DNA from: Parcubacteria group bacterium
Lineage (GTDB): Bacteria > Patescibacteriota > Minisyncoccia > JACPHC01
NCBI GenBank assembly: GCA_016188775.1
Contig: JACPHC010000006.1
Coordinates: forward strand, 618-64,617
Direction: 5' to 3'
DNA length: 64,000 nucleotides
Shown: positions 47,803 through 56,447 of the stretch, one piece after another
Layout: each line of letters opens with the position of its first letter
How positions within the stretch are numbered: the stretch's first letter is position 1
Notes under the pieces: model-generated
Told to the model about the DNA's origin: nothing
Seen by the model: the letters and a program-made list of their open reading frames with translations, nothing else
Databases searched by the model: none
Program-made: the position numbers and the translations under genes

Positions 47803-48446
47803 TGTTTTTTTTATTTTTAGCTATTTTGGATAATTTTTATACGCCAAAAGCGGTCTCAAAAATAACCTCGATTAATTTATCTTTCGTCAGTTTTAAAACT
47901 TCCGCTATTTTTATTTTCATTTTTTTAATTATTACCGGCTTATTTATTTACAAATTTCACTGGCAACCTTTTTTAGCTTCTCTGGAAGCAGGCGGAAAAG
48001 CGCAGGGAGTAAAATATGTTAGTAAAGAAATGTTAGATTGGTATAAAAAAGCTTATGAGCGAAACACATATTTAAGCAGTCAAATTGCCGAAGATGTGGC
48101 TCAAAACACGATGAGTTTAGCCGAAGCCGGAATTTATGATGAACAGTTTTTTAAAGAATCCAGTCGAATTATCGAAGAAGCTTTTTTGAAAGAACCAAGC
48201 TATATTCGTTTAGGTATTCGAATTGAGAGAATTTATCTGTTATTATTTAATTACGACAAGAGTTATTTAGATCGAGCAGAAAAAATTTTAAATATTCTTA
48301 TAGCTGAAGCGCCGGCCTTTCCTTATCTTAAAAATGATTTAGGCAGGGTAAAACTCGCTAAAGGCGAAAACAAAGAGGCATTTGAATTTTTTCGCCAGTC
48401 AGCTGAACAGGCGCCGAATATTAATCTGGACTTAAAAATCCAGTGA
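47802..48446 (+). CDS. TM plus TPR-like domain protein, possibly the frameshifted C-terminal continuation of the O-antigen-ligase-like gene
   Basis: It starts exactly where the upstream ORF stops, next to a T8 homopolymer. Wzy_C proteins often carry C-terminal TPR extensions. Confidence 0.4.
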   Translation: MFFLFLAILDNFYTPKAVSKITSINLSFVSFKTSAIFIFIFLIITGLFIYKFHWQPFLASLEAGGKAQGVKYVSKEMLDWYKKAYERNTYLSSQIAEDVAQNTMSLAEAGIYDEQFFKESSRIIEEAFLKEPSYIRLGIRIERIYLLLFNYDKSYLDRAEKILNILIAEAPAFPYLKNDLGRVKLAKGENKEAFEFFRQSAEQAPNINLDLKIQ

Positions 48447-48461
48447 GGGTATAATTTAAAA

Positions 48462-48677
48462 ATGGTCAAAAAATTATTCACAATCGAAGGGATGCATTGC
48501 GGCGCTTGCGCCGCCGGCATTGAACTGATTCTTTCTAACACCGAAGGAATCAAATCCGTTAAAGCTGATTACGAAGGCAAAAAAGCCGAGGTGGAATACG
48601 ATGAGGCGAAATTGAGCGCGGATGATGTAATCAACGCCATCGCGGACGCCGGCTTTGGAGCGAAAGCCGTATCGTAA
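48462..48677 (+). CDS. copZ: Copper chaperone CopZ (HMA domain)
   Basis: 71 aa, GMHCGACAAGIE. Confidence 0.8.
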   Translation: MVKKLFTIEGMHCGACAAGIELILSNTEGIKSVKADYEGKKAEVEYDEAKLSADDVINAIADAGFGAKAVS

Positions 48678-48695
48678 AAAACTTTTCCAGCCACT

Positions 48696-48735
48696 CACTA
48701 AACTTATTTGACAGCCGTCTCAATAGCTTAGTAAG
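48696..48735. promoter_or_regulatory. Copy 3 of the GACGGCCGTC-family palindromic motif (ACTAAACTTATTTGACAGCCGTCTCAATAGCTTAGTAAG), lying between convergent copZ and uvrB
   Basis: The reverse complement aligns with copies 1 and 2. Here the centre reads GACAGCCGTC. Confidence 0.5.
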
Positions 48736-50670
48736 TTAATTATTATTTTTTTTCTTAATTTCATCTCTTAAAACAGCGGCTTGTTCGAAATTAAGATCAA
48801 TAATAGCTTTTTTCAATTCTCGTTTGAGCGTTTTCAGATTATGATTTTCAAAAGCGTCCGTTAAGATCGTTTTTTCTTGTTTTGATTTATGAGCTTTGGA
48901 AAATAAATCTTCACTGATTATTTTGCTGATTGTTTGAGGAATAACGCCGAATTTTTTATTGTGCGCCTCTTGATACTGACGACGCCTTTTTGTTTCCTCG
49001 ATCGCTTTTCGCATTGAGCCAGTGATATTGTCCGCGTACATTATGACTTGGCCGGCCGAATGCCGAGCCGTCCGGCCGATAATTTGAATTAAAGAAGTTT
49101 CGCCCCTCAAAAATCCTTCTTTATCCGCGTCCAAAATGATAACTAAAGAAACCTCGGGCAAATCCAACCCTTCCCGCAAAAGATTGACGCCGACAATGGC
49201 GTCGTATTTTCCCCGTCTTAAATCATTGAGAATTTTTGGCCGTTCCAAGGTTTTTATTTCCGAATGAATATAATTGACGTTAATATCGCGTTCTTTTAAA
49301 AATTCGTTTAAATCTTCAGCCAAGCGTTTGGTGATGGTTAAAATTAAAACCCGCTCATTATTATTTTTTCTTTTTTTGACTTCTTCAATCAGATTTTCAA
49401 CTTGATTTTTAGTCGGCCGGATTTCTATTTTTGGATCAAGCAGTCCCTGCGGTCTTATCAACTGCTCCGCGATATTTTCGCTTTTTTTGAGCTCATAAGG
49501 CCCGGGGGTGGCCGAGACATAAATCGCCTGACTGACTTTTTTTTCAAATTCATCAAATTTAAGCGGGCGATTGTCCAGGGCCGAAGGCAGGCGAAAGCCG
49601 TAGTCAACCAAAATTTGTTTTCTTTGGCGATCTCCTTCATGCATTCCTCGAATTTGCGGGATTGATAAATGCGATTCGTCAATGACGGTTAAAAAATTTT
49701 CGGGAAAATAATCCAGCAGGGTAAAAGGCGGTTCGCCCGGGGCGCGGAAAGAAAGATGCCGGGAATAATTTTCAATTCCGTGAGCGTAGCCGATTTTTTC
49801 CAAAAGTTCCAAGTCGTATTTTGTTTTTTGTTCCAATCTTTGAGCTTCCAGAAATTTTTTTTCACTTTTAAATTGTTCAAGACGTTTTTTTAATTCTTTT
49901 TTAATGTTTAAAATCGCGATTTTTATTTTTTTTTGCGGAGTGACGAAATGTTTGGCCGGAAATATCCTAATCTTGATTTTATTCGTTCTTTTTTCGTTTT
50001 CTTTCGAGGTAATTCTAACGATTTGATTTTTATTAATTTCAATTAAAATAATATTTTGGCCGGTCGGCGAACCGATTTCGATTTCATCGCCATAAGCCCG
50101 AACCAGCCCCGGTCCGATTAAAAGCGAACGTTCGTATTGCAATATGGCCAGCTGTTTTAAAAGAGAGCGCTGCGAGATTTTTTCCCCGACTTTTAAATTT
50201 AGAGAAATTTTTTCATATTCGGCCGGATCGCCGATGCCGTAAATGCAAGAGACCGAAGCGATAATAATCGTGTCCGGCCGCTCAAACAAAGAAGCGGTGG
50301 CAGCGTGCCGAAGATGATCGATAAATTCGTTTATTTTGGCGTCTTTTTCAATATAAGTGTCGGTGGGCGGCAAATAAGCCTCGGGCTGGTAATAATCATA
50401 GTAACTGACAAAATAATGGACTGCGTTGGCGGGGAAAAATGATTTTAATTCCTGAAAAAGTTGGGCCGCCAGAGTTTTGTTGGGCGAAATTATCAAGGCC
50501 GGCCTTTGTTCTGCTTCAATAATTTTAGCCATCGTGAATGTTTTACCCGAGCCGGTGACGCCCAAAAGAGTTTGGTGTTTTCGGCCGGCTTTTAATCCTT
50601 CAATCAATTTTCGGCCGGCTTTTTCTTGATCAATAGTCGGTTTAAATTTTGAGACGATTTGAAATCGCAT
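48736..50670 (-). CDS. uvrB: Excinuclease ABC subunit B
   Basis: Walker A GVTGSGKT and a C-terminal UVR domain. Confidence 0.95.
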   Translation of the reverse strand: MRFQIVSKFKPTIDQEKAGRKLIEGLKAGRKHQTLLGVTGSGKTFTMAKIIEAEQRPALIISPNKTLAAQLFQELKSFFPANAVHYFVSYYDYYQPEAYLPPTDTYIEKDAKINEFIDHLRHAATASLFERPDTIIIASVSCIYGIGDPAEYEKISLNLKVGEKISQRSLLKQLAILQYERSLLIGPGLVRAYGDEIEIGSPTGQNIILIEINKNQIVRITSKENEKRTNKIKIRIFPAKHFVTPQKKIKIAILNIKKELKKRLEQFKSEKKFLEAQRLEQKTKYDLELLEKIGYAHGIENYSRHLSFRAPGEPPFTLLDYFPENFLTVIDESHLSIPQIRGMHEGDRQRKQILVDYGFRLPSALDNRPLKFDEFEKKVSQAIYVSATPGPYELKKSENIAEQLIRPQGLLDPKIEIRPTKNQVENLIEEVKKRKNNNERVLILTITKRLAEDLNEFLKERDINVNYIHSEIKTLERPKILNDLRRGKYDAIVGVNLLREGLDLPEVSLVIILDADKEGFLRGETSLIQIIGRTARHSAGQVIMYADNITGSMRKAIEETKRRRQYQEAHNKKFGVIPQTISKIISEDLFSKAHKSKQEKTILTDAFENHNLKTLKRELKKAIIDLNFEQAAVLRDEIKKKNNN

Positions 50671-50834
50671 AAAATAAGAATTAAAAGCGAAGGAAATGGA
50701 TTTTTAAAATCGCAGGCGTGGTCGGCTAAATTTGCGAAGCAAATTTAGGGCTACGGCGATTTTAAAAAATCCGTTTCCGAAGAGTTATAATTTTGCGTTG
50801 CGTTTTATTTTTTAAGATTATATGATTAAATGTA

Positions 50835-51908
50835 ATGTTGGAAATCGAACAAATTACAAGCGATGATTTTAAAAATCAATGGAATGAGTTTGCGTTGAGC
50901 CAACAAACTAAAGAGTCTTTTGGATCGTTTGCCGGCTCTTTTTTTCAGTCTTGGGAATGGGGCGAATTCCAGGTCCTTTTAGGCCGGCCGATTTTACGTT
51001 TGGCTGTCAGAGACGAGGATAAAAAAATAATCGCTCTGGCGTCATTTATACATTATTCATTGCCATTTGGCAAGGCCCAGATTTACGCTCCCAGAGGCCC
51101 GATTTTGCGTCAGGATTTATGGAATACGAAAAAGAGCCAAGAAATTTTTTTAGCGATTTTAGAGGCAATTAAGACTGCCAGGGTTGAAAATAACAGCATT
51201 TTTTTAAGGACTGAACCGAGCCTAACTGCCCAGCCCGATTTTTTTAAAAAAGCCGGTTTTCAACCTTTTGCCGACGACGTCCAGCCGCGGGAAAACCAAA
51301 TTTTGGATTTAAAGAAATCCGAAGAAGAACTTTTATCCGAAATGCATCCGTCCGCCCGGCATAATATTCGTCTGGCCAAAAAGAGAGGCGTTATTATCAG
51401 GGAATTAACTCAAAAAAGCGAAAACGATCAAAAGATTTTTTTCGATTTAATGAAGAAAACCTTGCAAAGGCAGCGATTTCGATCGCAGCCAAAACAATAT
51501 TACAATTTGATGCTGGATTTTTTTCAAAGAAGGGGAGAAAATCAAAATCGCCAGAGCGTGAAAATCGCTTTTTTTGAAGCGATCTGGAATGGAAAAACCG
51601 TCGCGGCCAATATCGTTTTTCTTTTCGGCTCTCACGCGACTTATCTTTTCGGCGGCTCGGATTTGGCTTTTAGCGGCATTAAAGCCCCGATTTTGCTTCA
51701 TTGGGAATCAATGCTTCGTTTGAAAAAAGACGGCTATTTAAGTTATGATCTGGGCGGGATTTCCCGTCAAAAATGGCCCGGCCTGACTGATTTTAAAACT
51801 CGGTTCGGCGGTCAGACTATTAAACTCATTGGCTCATACGATTTTGTTTTTAGCCCGTTTTGGTATTATATTTATAAATACGGGAGAAGACTTAAAAGAT
51901 CGCTATGA
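50835..51908 (+). CDS. FemAB-family peptidoglycan interpeptide-bridge aminoacyltransferase
   Basis: 357 aa with the FemAB-like ...FLFGSHATYLFGGS... motif. Confidence 0.6.
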   Translation: MLEIEQITSDDFKNQWNEFALSQQTKESFGSFAGSFFQSWEWGEFQVLLGRPILRLAVRDEDKKIIALASFIHYSLPFGKAQIYAPRGPILRQDLWNTKKSQEIFLAILEAIKTARVENNSIFLRTEPSLTAQPDFFKKAGFQPFADDVQPRENQILDLKKSEEELLSEMHPSARHNIRLAKKRGVIIRELTQKSENDQKIFFDLMKKTLQRQRFRSQPKQYYNLMLDFFQRRGENQNRQSVKIAFFEAIWNGKTVAANIVFLFGSHATYLFGGSDLAFSGIKAPILLHWESMLRLKKDGYLSYDLGGISRQKWPGLTDFKTRFGGQTIKLIGSYDFVFSPFWYYIYKYGRRLKRSL

Positions 51909-52474
51909 TTTCTACTATTGAAGGACAACTCAAAGAAAAGAATGGCAAGTCCGTTATTTTGGAAACGGGCGGCATTGGTTACGAAATTTTTGTTTCAAGT
52001 CGGACGCTCAAAGAATTAAACGAATTTAACCATTCGATCAAGCTTTGGACATTTTTAAGCATTCGGGAGGATCGCATGGAACTTTATGGATTTTTAAACA
52101 AGGAAGAACTGGATTTTTTTCATCTTTTGGATTCAGTGGCTGGCGTCGGGCCAAAAGGAGCTCTGGCTATTTTGGGGTTATCCGACTTGACCCGTTTGAA
52201 AGCCGCTGTTTTTCAGGAAGACAGCAAATTTTTGACCAAAGTCGCCGGCATCGGGAAAAAAACGGCGGAACGGATTATTCTGGAACTCAAAAATAAAATT
52301 AAAGATATTGAAAATCTGCCGGCCCTTGAATCCGATCACGAAATTCTTGACGCTTTGGTTGAGTTGGGATATAGCGCCAGAGAAGCCAAGGCCGCGATTG
52401 AAAAAATCCCCGACGAGGCCCAGGGGCTTGAACCAAGATTAAAATCCGCCTTAAAATCGCTGTCGAAAAAATGA
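51905..52474 (+). CDS. ruvA: Holliday junction DNA helicase RuvA
   Basis: MISTIEGQLKEK...GGIGYEIFVS and the HhH motifs. Confidence 0.9.
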   Translation: MISTIEGQLKEKNGKSVILETGGIGYEIFVSSRTLKELNEFNHSIKLWTFLSIREDRMELYGFLNKEELDFFHLLDSVAGVGPKGALAILGLSDLTRLKAAVFQEDSKFLTKVAGIGKKTAERIILELKNKIKDIENLPALESDHEILDALVELGYSAREAKAAIEKIPDEAQGLEPRLKSALKSLSKK

Positions 52475-53088
52475 TACCAAACATCCTTATTAATTTATCC
52501 CGTTTAGGTTTTTTGATTTTTTTGATTTTTCAGGCGCTAAACTTAAAAGGTATTTTGAATTTCCAGCCGACTTTCAGTTGGGAAGGATTAATCACTACTT
52601 CGCTTTTTATCTGGTTTAGCGTTGAGTTCATCCATTATTATTTAAAAAATCGGAATTTGCGGTCTTTAAGCTCGTTTGTTTTTGTTTTAGGTTTTATTCC
52701 CACTTCCGTTGATTTTTTCGGCGATATCCTGCATTTTTACGATCGTTTTTATTGGTATGATCGGGCCGCTCATTTTTCCGCCGCTTCCAGTTTGGCCATC
52801 CTGGCTTTGATAATTTTATCAAATCTTAGAAAAAAAAATTATTTCAATTGGAGTTTGGTCATGCTTCTTTTTATAGTTTTTTCCGTCACCCTCATCGGCG
52901 GCGTTTTTTATGAAATTGAAGAATATTTGGAAGATCGATTGTACTGGAGCCGTCAGCTTCGTTTGGGAGACGGTCCGGACACGGTCGAAGATATTATGTT
53001 TGACGCTTTCGGCGGCTTGTTCGTGACTTGGACGGCGTTTATTTATCAGAAAGTGAAAAATGCTCGAAAAAATTCTTCGGCTTCTTAA
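52471..53088 (+). CDS. Polytopic membrane protein, unknown
   Basis: 205 aa with 5 TM helices. Confidence 0.4.
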   Translation: MIPNILINLSRLGFLIFLIFQALNLKGILNFQPTFSWEGLITTSLFIWFSVEFIHYYLKNRNLRSLSSFVFVLGFIPTSVDFFGDILHFYDRFYWYDRAAHFSAASSLAILALIILSNLRKKNYFNWSLVMLLFIVFSVTLIGGVFYEIEEYLEDRLYWSRQLRLGDGPDTVEDIMFDAFGGLFVTWTAFIYQKVKNARKNSSAS

Positions 53089-54316
53089 AACTTATATTAT
53101 TCCGAAATCTATTTTTAATCTGGCTCGGCCGAGCTATCATTATTTTCTGGCGGGTTTGTCCGCTTTTTTTTACGGCTTCCCGTCAAAAAAATTAAAAGTT
53201 ATCGGCGTCACCGGCACTAAAGGAAAATCTTCCACGGTTTATCTTTTAAGCCGGATTTTTGACGCGGCTCGTCTCAAAAATGCCGTTTTATCTTCAATTG
53301 AAATAAAAATCAACGGTGAAATTCAGCCCAATTTTCAAAAAATGACTATGCCGGGCCGGTTTTTTATTCAGAAATTTTTAGCCGAAGCGGTTTCTTCTGG
53401 ATGCGAGTTTGCGATTTTAGAAACGACTTCGGAAGGCATTAAACAGTTTCGGCATAAATTTATTGATTTTGAAGCCGCGGTTTTCACGAATTTGAGTCCG
53501 GAGCATATTGAATCGCACGGCTCTTTTGAAAAATACCGCCAGGCGAAATTGGAACTTTTTCAAGCCGTTAAAAAAATTCATATTATTAACGCGGACGATC
53601 CGTCAGCGAAATATTTTTTGGAAATCCCGGCGGCTAAAAAAATTCAATACGGAAAAAATAATAATTCTTTCGGCTCTTTGGATTTAAAATTGGAAGGAGA
53701 GTTTAATTATTACAACGCTTTGGCCGCCGGTGAAACCGCGCTTGCTTTGGATGTTGATAAAGAAATCATTAAAAAAGCCCTCGCAAGCGTGGAAACTATT
53801 TCCGGCAGATTTGAATATATTAACGCCGGGCAAGATTTTAAAGTAGTTGTTGATTATGCTCATACGCCGGATTCTTTGGAAAAAGTTTATCAGACGATTA
53901 AGGTAAAAGATAAAGACGCGAGGTTGATCTGCGTTTTGGGCGCGGCTGGCGGCGGCCGAGATAAATGGAAAAGACCGGTGATGGGAGAAATTGCCGCAAA
54001 ATATTGCGATAAGATTATTTTGACCAATGAAGACCCGTATGACGAAAATCCAAGCCGGATTTTATCGGAGATAAAATCCGGAATTTCCAATTCCCCCGCC
54101 AGTCGGACAGGCAGGCAATTTCTATTTTCCAATTTATTTGAAATTTTAGATCGGAAAAAAGCGATTCAAAAAGCTTTGGGATTGGCGAAAAAAGACGATT
54201 TTGTTATTATTATTGGTAAAGGTTCGGAAAAATGGATGATGCTGGAAAATGGCAAAAAAATTCCTTGGGATGAACGGGAGACGGTTAAAGAAATTTTAAA
54301 AGGTCGAAAAATATGA
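53060..54316 (+). CDS. Mur ligase, MurE-like UDP-MurNAc-tripeptide synthetase
   Basis: P-loop VIGVTGTKGKSST and DYAHTPDSLEKVY. The protein is short (418 aa) and carries ENPS where mDAP-type MurE has DNPR. Confidence 0.6.
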   Translation: MLEKILRLLKTYIIPKSIFNLARPSYHYFLAGLSAFFYGFPSKKLKVIGVTGTKGKSSTVYLLSRIFDAARLKNAVLSSIEIKINGEIQPNFQKMTMPGRFFIQKFLAEAVSSGCEFAILETTSEGIKQFRHKFIDFEAAVFTNLSPEHIESHGSFEKYRQAKLELFQAVKKIHIINADDPSAKYFLEIPAAKKIQYGKNNNSFGSLDLKLEGEFNYYNALAAGETALALDVDKEIIKKALASVETISGRFEYINAGQDFKVVVDYAHTPDSLEKVYQTIKVKDKDARLICVLGAAGGGRDKWKRPVMGEIAAKYCDKIILTNEDPYDENPSRILSEIKSGISNSPASRTGRQFLFSNLFEILDRKKAIQKALGLAKKDDFVIIIGKGSEKWMMLENGKKIPWDERETVKEILKGRKI

Positions 54317-54357
54317 AAATTAAACAGCTCAAAATATAATACCTTGAATTGCAAAAT

Positions 54358-54458
54358 GTCATCGCGAGCGAGCCCTAAGGCGAGCGCGGCGATCTCGCGT
54401 TTATATACAGAAGCGTAGGATTGCCGCGTCGCTCGCTTTGTTCGCTCCTCGCAATGAC
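54358..54458. repeat. Copy E of the family-1 miniature palindromic element (GC-rich core variant)
   Basis: GTCATCGCGAGCGAGCCCTAAGGCGAGCGCGGCGATC ... GATTGCCGCGTCGCTCGCTTTGTTCGCTCCTCGCAATGAC. Confidence 0.75.
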
Positions 54459-54493
54459 ATCTTTTTGAGAATTTCGTAATTCATAGATAATAT

Positions 54494-54706
54494 ATGGATA
54501 ACTATCTTCACAATTTAATTCATCAGCTTTCCGAGGACTTGGACAGTCTTTGGAGATACGATACGTACAAAGACGATTCTAAAAATTTTTGCGACCATTG
54601 CCACGGACTTTGGGATAAAATGAGAAAAATGGACGAAGACAAAGCCCAGCTTTTGATTGACGAACTTTTAATGCACGTTAAGGAAGGCAAGGTTAAAATT
54701 AAATAA
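54494..54706 (+). CDS. Small hypothetical protein
   Basis: 70 aa, Cys/His-containing. Confidence 0.3.
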   Translation: MDNYLHNLIHQLSEDLDSLWRYDTYKDDSKNFCDHCHGLWDKMRKMDEDKAQLLIDELLMHVKEGKVKIK

Positions 54707-54717
54707 ATCCCGTTAAA

Positions 54718-55569
54718 GTGAAATTAAAGTTTTTAAAAATTCCTTTATTTTTAGAGGAAGCCGCTTTTTTTGGTCTGGCTCAAGTTTTGGGAATTTTATC
54801 CGCCTGGAAAACCTCTATTTTTTTAAATGAATCGGTTCCTCAAATTAAAACGGAAGAATCTTTTTCCGGACTCCAATTTATTATTTATTTTTTGATCGGC
54901 ACGCTAGTTATTTTCATTTTTTTGCGTTTTTTTAAATCAAACATTCCTTTTAAATTTTTCTTTTATCTGACGGTTTTTAGCGGAATGAATTTAATTTTTT
55001 CTTCTTTTTTTAGCGCCAATCTAGCTCTGATTTTATCCTTTGCTTTGGTTGTTTTTTTGTTTATCCATCCCCGAGTCTGGCTTCACAATTTGGTTTTTAC
55101 TTTGGGAGTCGGCGGTCTGGGCGGGCTGTTGGGTATTAGCTTAACGCCTTGGACCGCTGTTTTGATTTTAATCGTTTTATCTATTTACGATTGGATCGCG
55201 GTTTATAAAACCAAGCATATGGTTAAACTCGCCAAGGAGATGATTCAACGGGGAGCGATTTTCGCCCTGATTCTGCCGGAAAAAATTCGGGATTTATTTA
55301 TACTTCCCAATTATGAAGTTAAGCCCGGAGAAGGGAGGGCTTTTTTTCTGGGCGGCGGAGACGTGGCTTTGCCTCTGCTTCTTTCCGCCTCGGTTTTAAC
55401 TTTTTATGGATTAAAAATCAGCGCTCTGACCGCGGTTTTTTCTTTATTCGGTCTTTTGGCCACTCATTTATTGTTTATTCTTCAGGAGAGGAAAAAACCT
55501 ATGCCGGCTTTGCCGCCAATCGCCCTTTTTACGATTGCGGGATTTTTGATTGGCAGATTGATTTTCTAA
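54718..55569 (+). CDS. Presenilin/signal-peptide-peptidase-family intramembrane aspartyl protease (A22-like)
   Basis: Polytopic, with the YD motif (SIYDWIAVY), the GxGD motif (FLGGGDVALP) and a C-terminal PAL motif (MPALPPIA). Confidence 0.6.
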   Translation: MKLKFLKIPLFLEEAAFFGLAQVLGILSAWKTSIFLNESVPQIKTEESFSGLQFIIYFLIGTLVIFIFLRFFKSNIPFKFFFYLTVFSGMNLIFSSFFSANLALILSFALVVFLFIHPRVWLHNLVFTLGVGGLGGLLGISLTPWTAVLILIVLSIYDWIAVYKTKHMVKLAKEMIQRGAIFALILPEKIRDLFILPNYEVKPGEGRAFFLGGGDVALPLLLSASVLTFYGLKISALTAVFSLFGLLATHLLFILQERKKPMPALPPIALFTIAGFLIGRLIF

Positions 55570-55712
55570 TTTTTTACTACAATGCGATTACGATCGTGAG
55601 CTCATTGTAGTGAGAAAATAGAAAAGAAAGAAAAAAACGAAAAGATTGATTTTCCAAAAAAGTTTTGATAAAGTCATTTGAATAAAAAATCGATCTTTAA
55701 AAAGGAGGAAAA

Positions 55713-55871
55713 ATGCCTGTTTGCTGTCAAGAATTAGAAGAGAAAAAAAGTTTTTTAAAAATGGAATTTGTGAATGTTTGTCCTTTTTGTGGAACTGTTT
55801 TAAGCCCGGAAAGGTTTAAAACAATAATAAAAGAAATTGAAAAGGAGAAAAAAGATGCAATGCAAGGATAA
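55713..55871 (+). CDS. Small zinc-ribbon protein, 52 aa
   Basis: Strong SD AAAGGAGG upstream, with CC..C..CPFC. It is absent from the ORF track because it is shorter than 60 aa. Confidence 0.45.
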   Translation: MPVCCQELEEKKSFLKMEFVNVCPFCGTVLSPERFKTIIKEIEKEKKDAMQG

Positions 55872-56073
55872 GAAATGCGGAGGTGAAGTAGATTTTAAAT
55901 TGATGAATGGAATAATGGTGAGACTTGGGCCTAGCGAATTGGATCAAGGTTTTCCTTGCAAAAAGTGCGGCCAATTATACAAAAATCACGGCGGATTGGT
56001 TTCTAGGGAAATCAAGGGGAAAATTAAATTTCTGTATTTAAATAAAAAAACTCTTGAAATAGAGCTTAGATGA
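55855..56073 (+). CDS. Small zinc-ribbon protein, 72 aa
   Basis: SD AAGGAG at 55842-55847. The motifs are C..C....C..C. It overlaps the upstream small ORF by 17 nt. Confidence 0.45.
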   Translation: MQCKDKKCGGEVDFKLMNGIMVRLGPSELDQGFPCKKCGQLYKNHGGLVSREIKGKIKFLYLNKKTLEIELR

Positions 56074-56078
56074 AGACT

Positions 56079-56108
56079 TGTCCCCATTATGGGGACTTTT
56101 TCTTTTTT
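56079..56108 (+). terminator. Rho-independent terminator
   Basis: gtccccattatggggac followed by ttttcttttttt. Confidence 0.7.
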
Positions 56109-56138
56109 AAAAAAATTGCTAATTTATTTATAGTATTA

Positions 56139-56213
56139 GCCCTCGTAGCTCAACGGATAGAGCGTAGGCCTCCGGAGCCTAAGACAGGGGTTCAATTCCT
56201 CTCGAGGGCACCA
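56139..56213 (+). tRNA. tRNA-Arg (anticodon CCG)
   Basis: Folded by hand. The acceptor stem is GCCCTCG/CGAGGGC, the D arm GCTC-AACGGATA-GAGC, the anticodon arm TAGGC-CTCCGGA-GCCTA, and the T arm AGGGG-TTCAATT-CCTCT. The discriminator is A and the CCA end is encoded. Confidence 0.85.
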
Positions 56214-56216
56214 AAA

Positions 56217-56407
56217 TAAAAAACCCGCGCCCGGGTTTTTTATTTTGGTGTATATTTACGACCGCGCTCGAACTTGCTTTAACCCCACACCTAAATTTTA
56301 GGTATGGGGGTTTATCAAAAATTCCTGAACTAAGGAAGTCCGCCGCCAGCCGCCGCTCTGAACGAGTAGGCAGCGGGGCTTCACTTGCGGCTCGTGGGGA
56401 AAATTCT
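56217..56407. repeat. Left copy of a ~190-bp near-perfect inverted repeat, beginning 4 nt after the tRNA CCA end
   Basis: Its reverse complement matches 59756-59946 with only 2 mismatches. It includes the hairpin AAAACCCGCGCCCGGGTTTT and a GC-rich block. Confidence 0.9.
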
Positions 56408-56447
56408 TGACATGACACAAATTTATTTAGGTGATATAATCAAAATC

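Noticed and set aside
48696-48735. The palindromic GACGGCCGTC motif read as the chromosomal dif site for the XerC/D-type recombinase
   Set aside because: Three copies occur within 64 kb and the locus is origin-proximal. dif is normally single-copy and terminus-proximal.
56179-56418. 79-aa minus-strand ORF
   Set aside because: It overlaps the tRNA-Arg gene and the left inverted repeat. It is GC-rich repeat sequence translated by chance.
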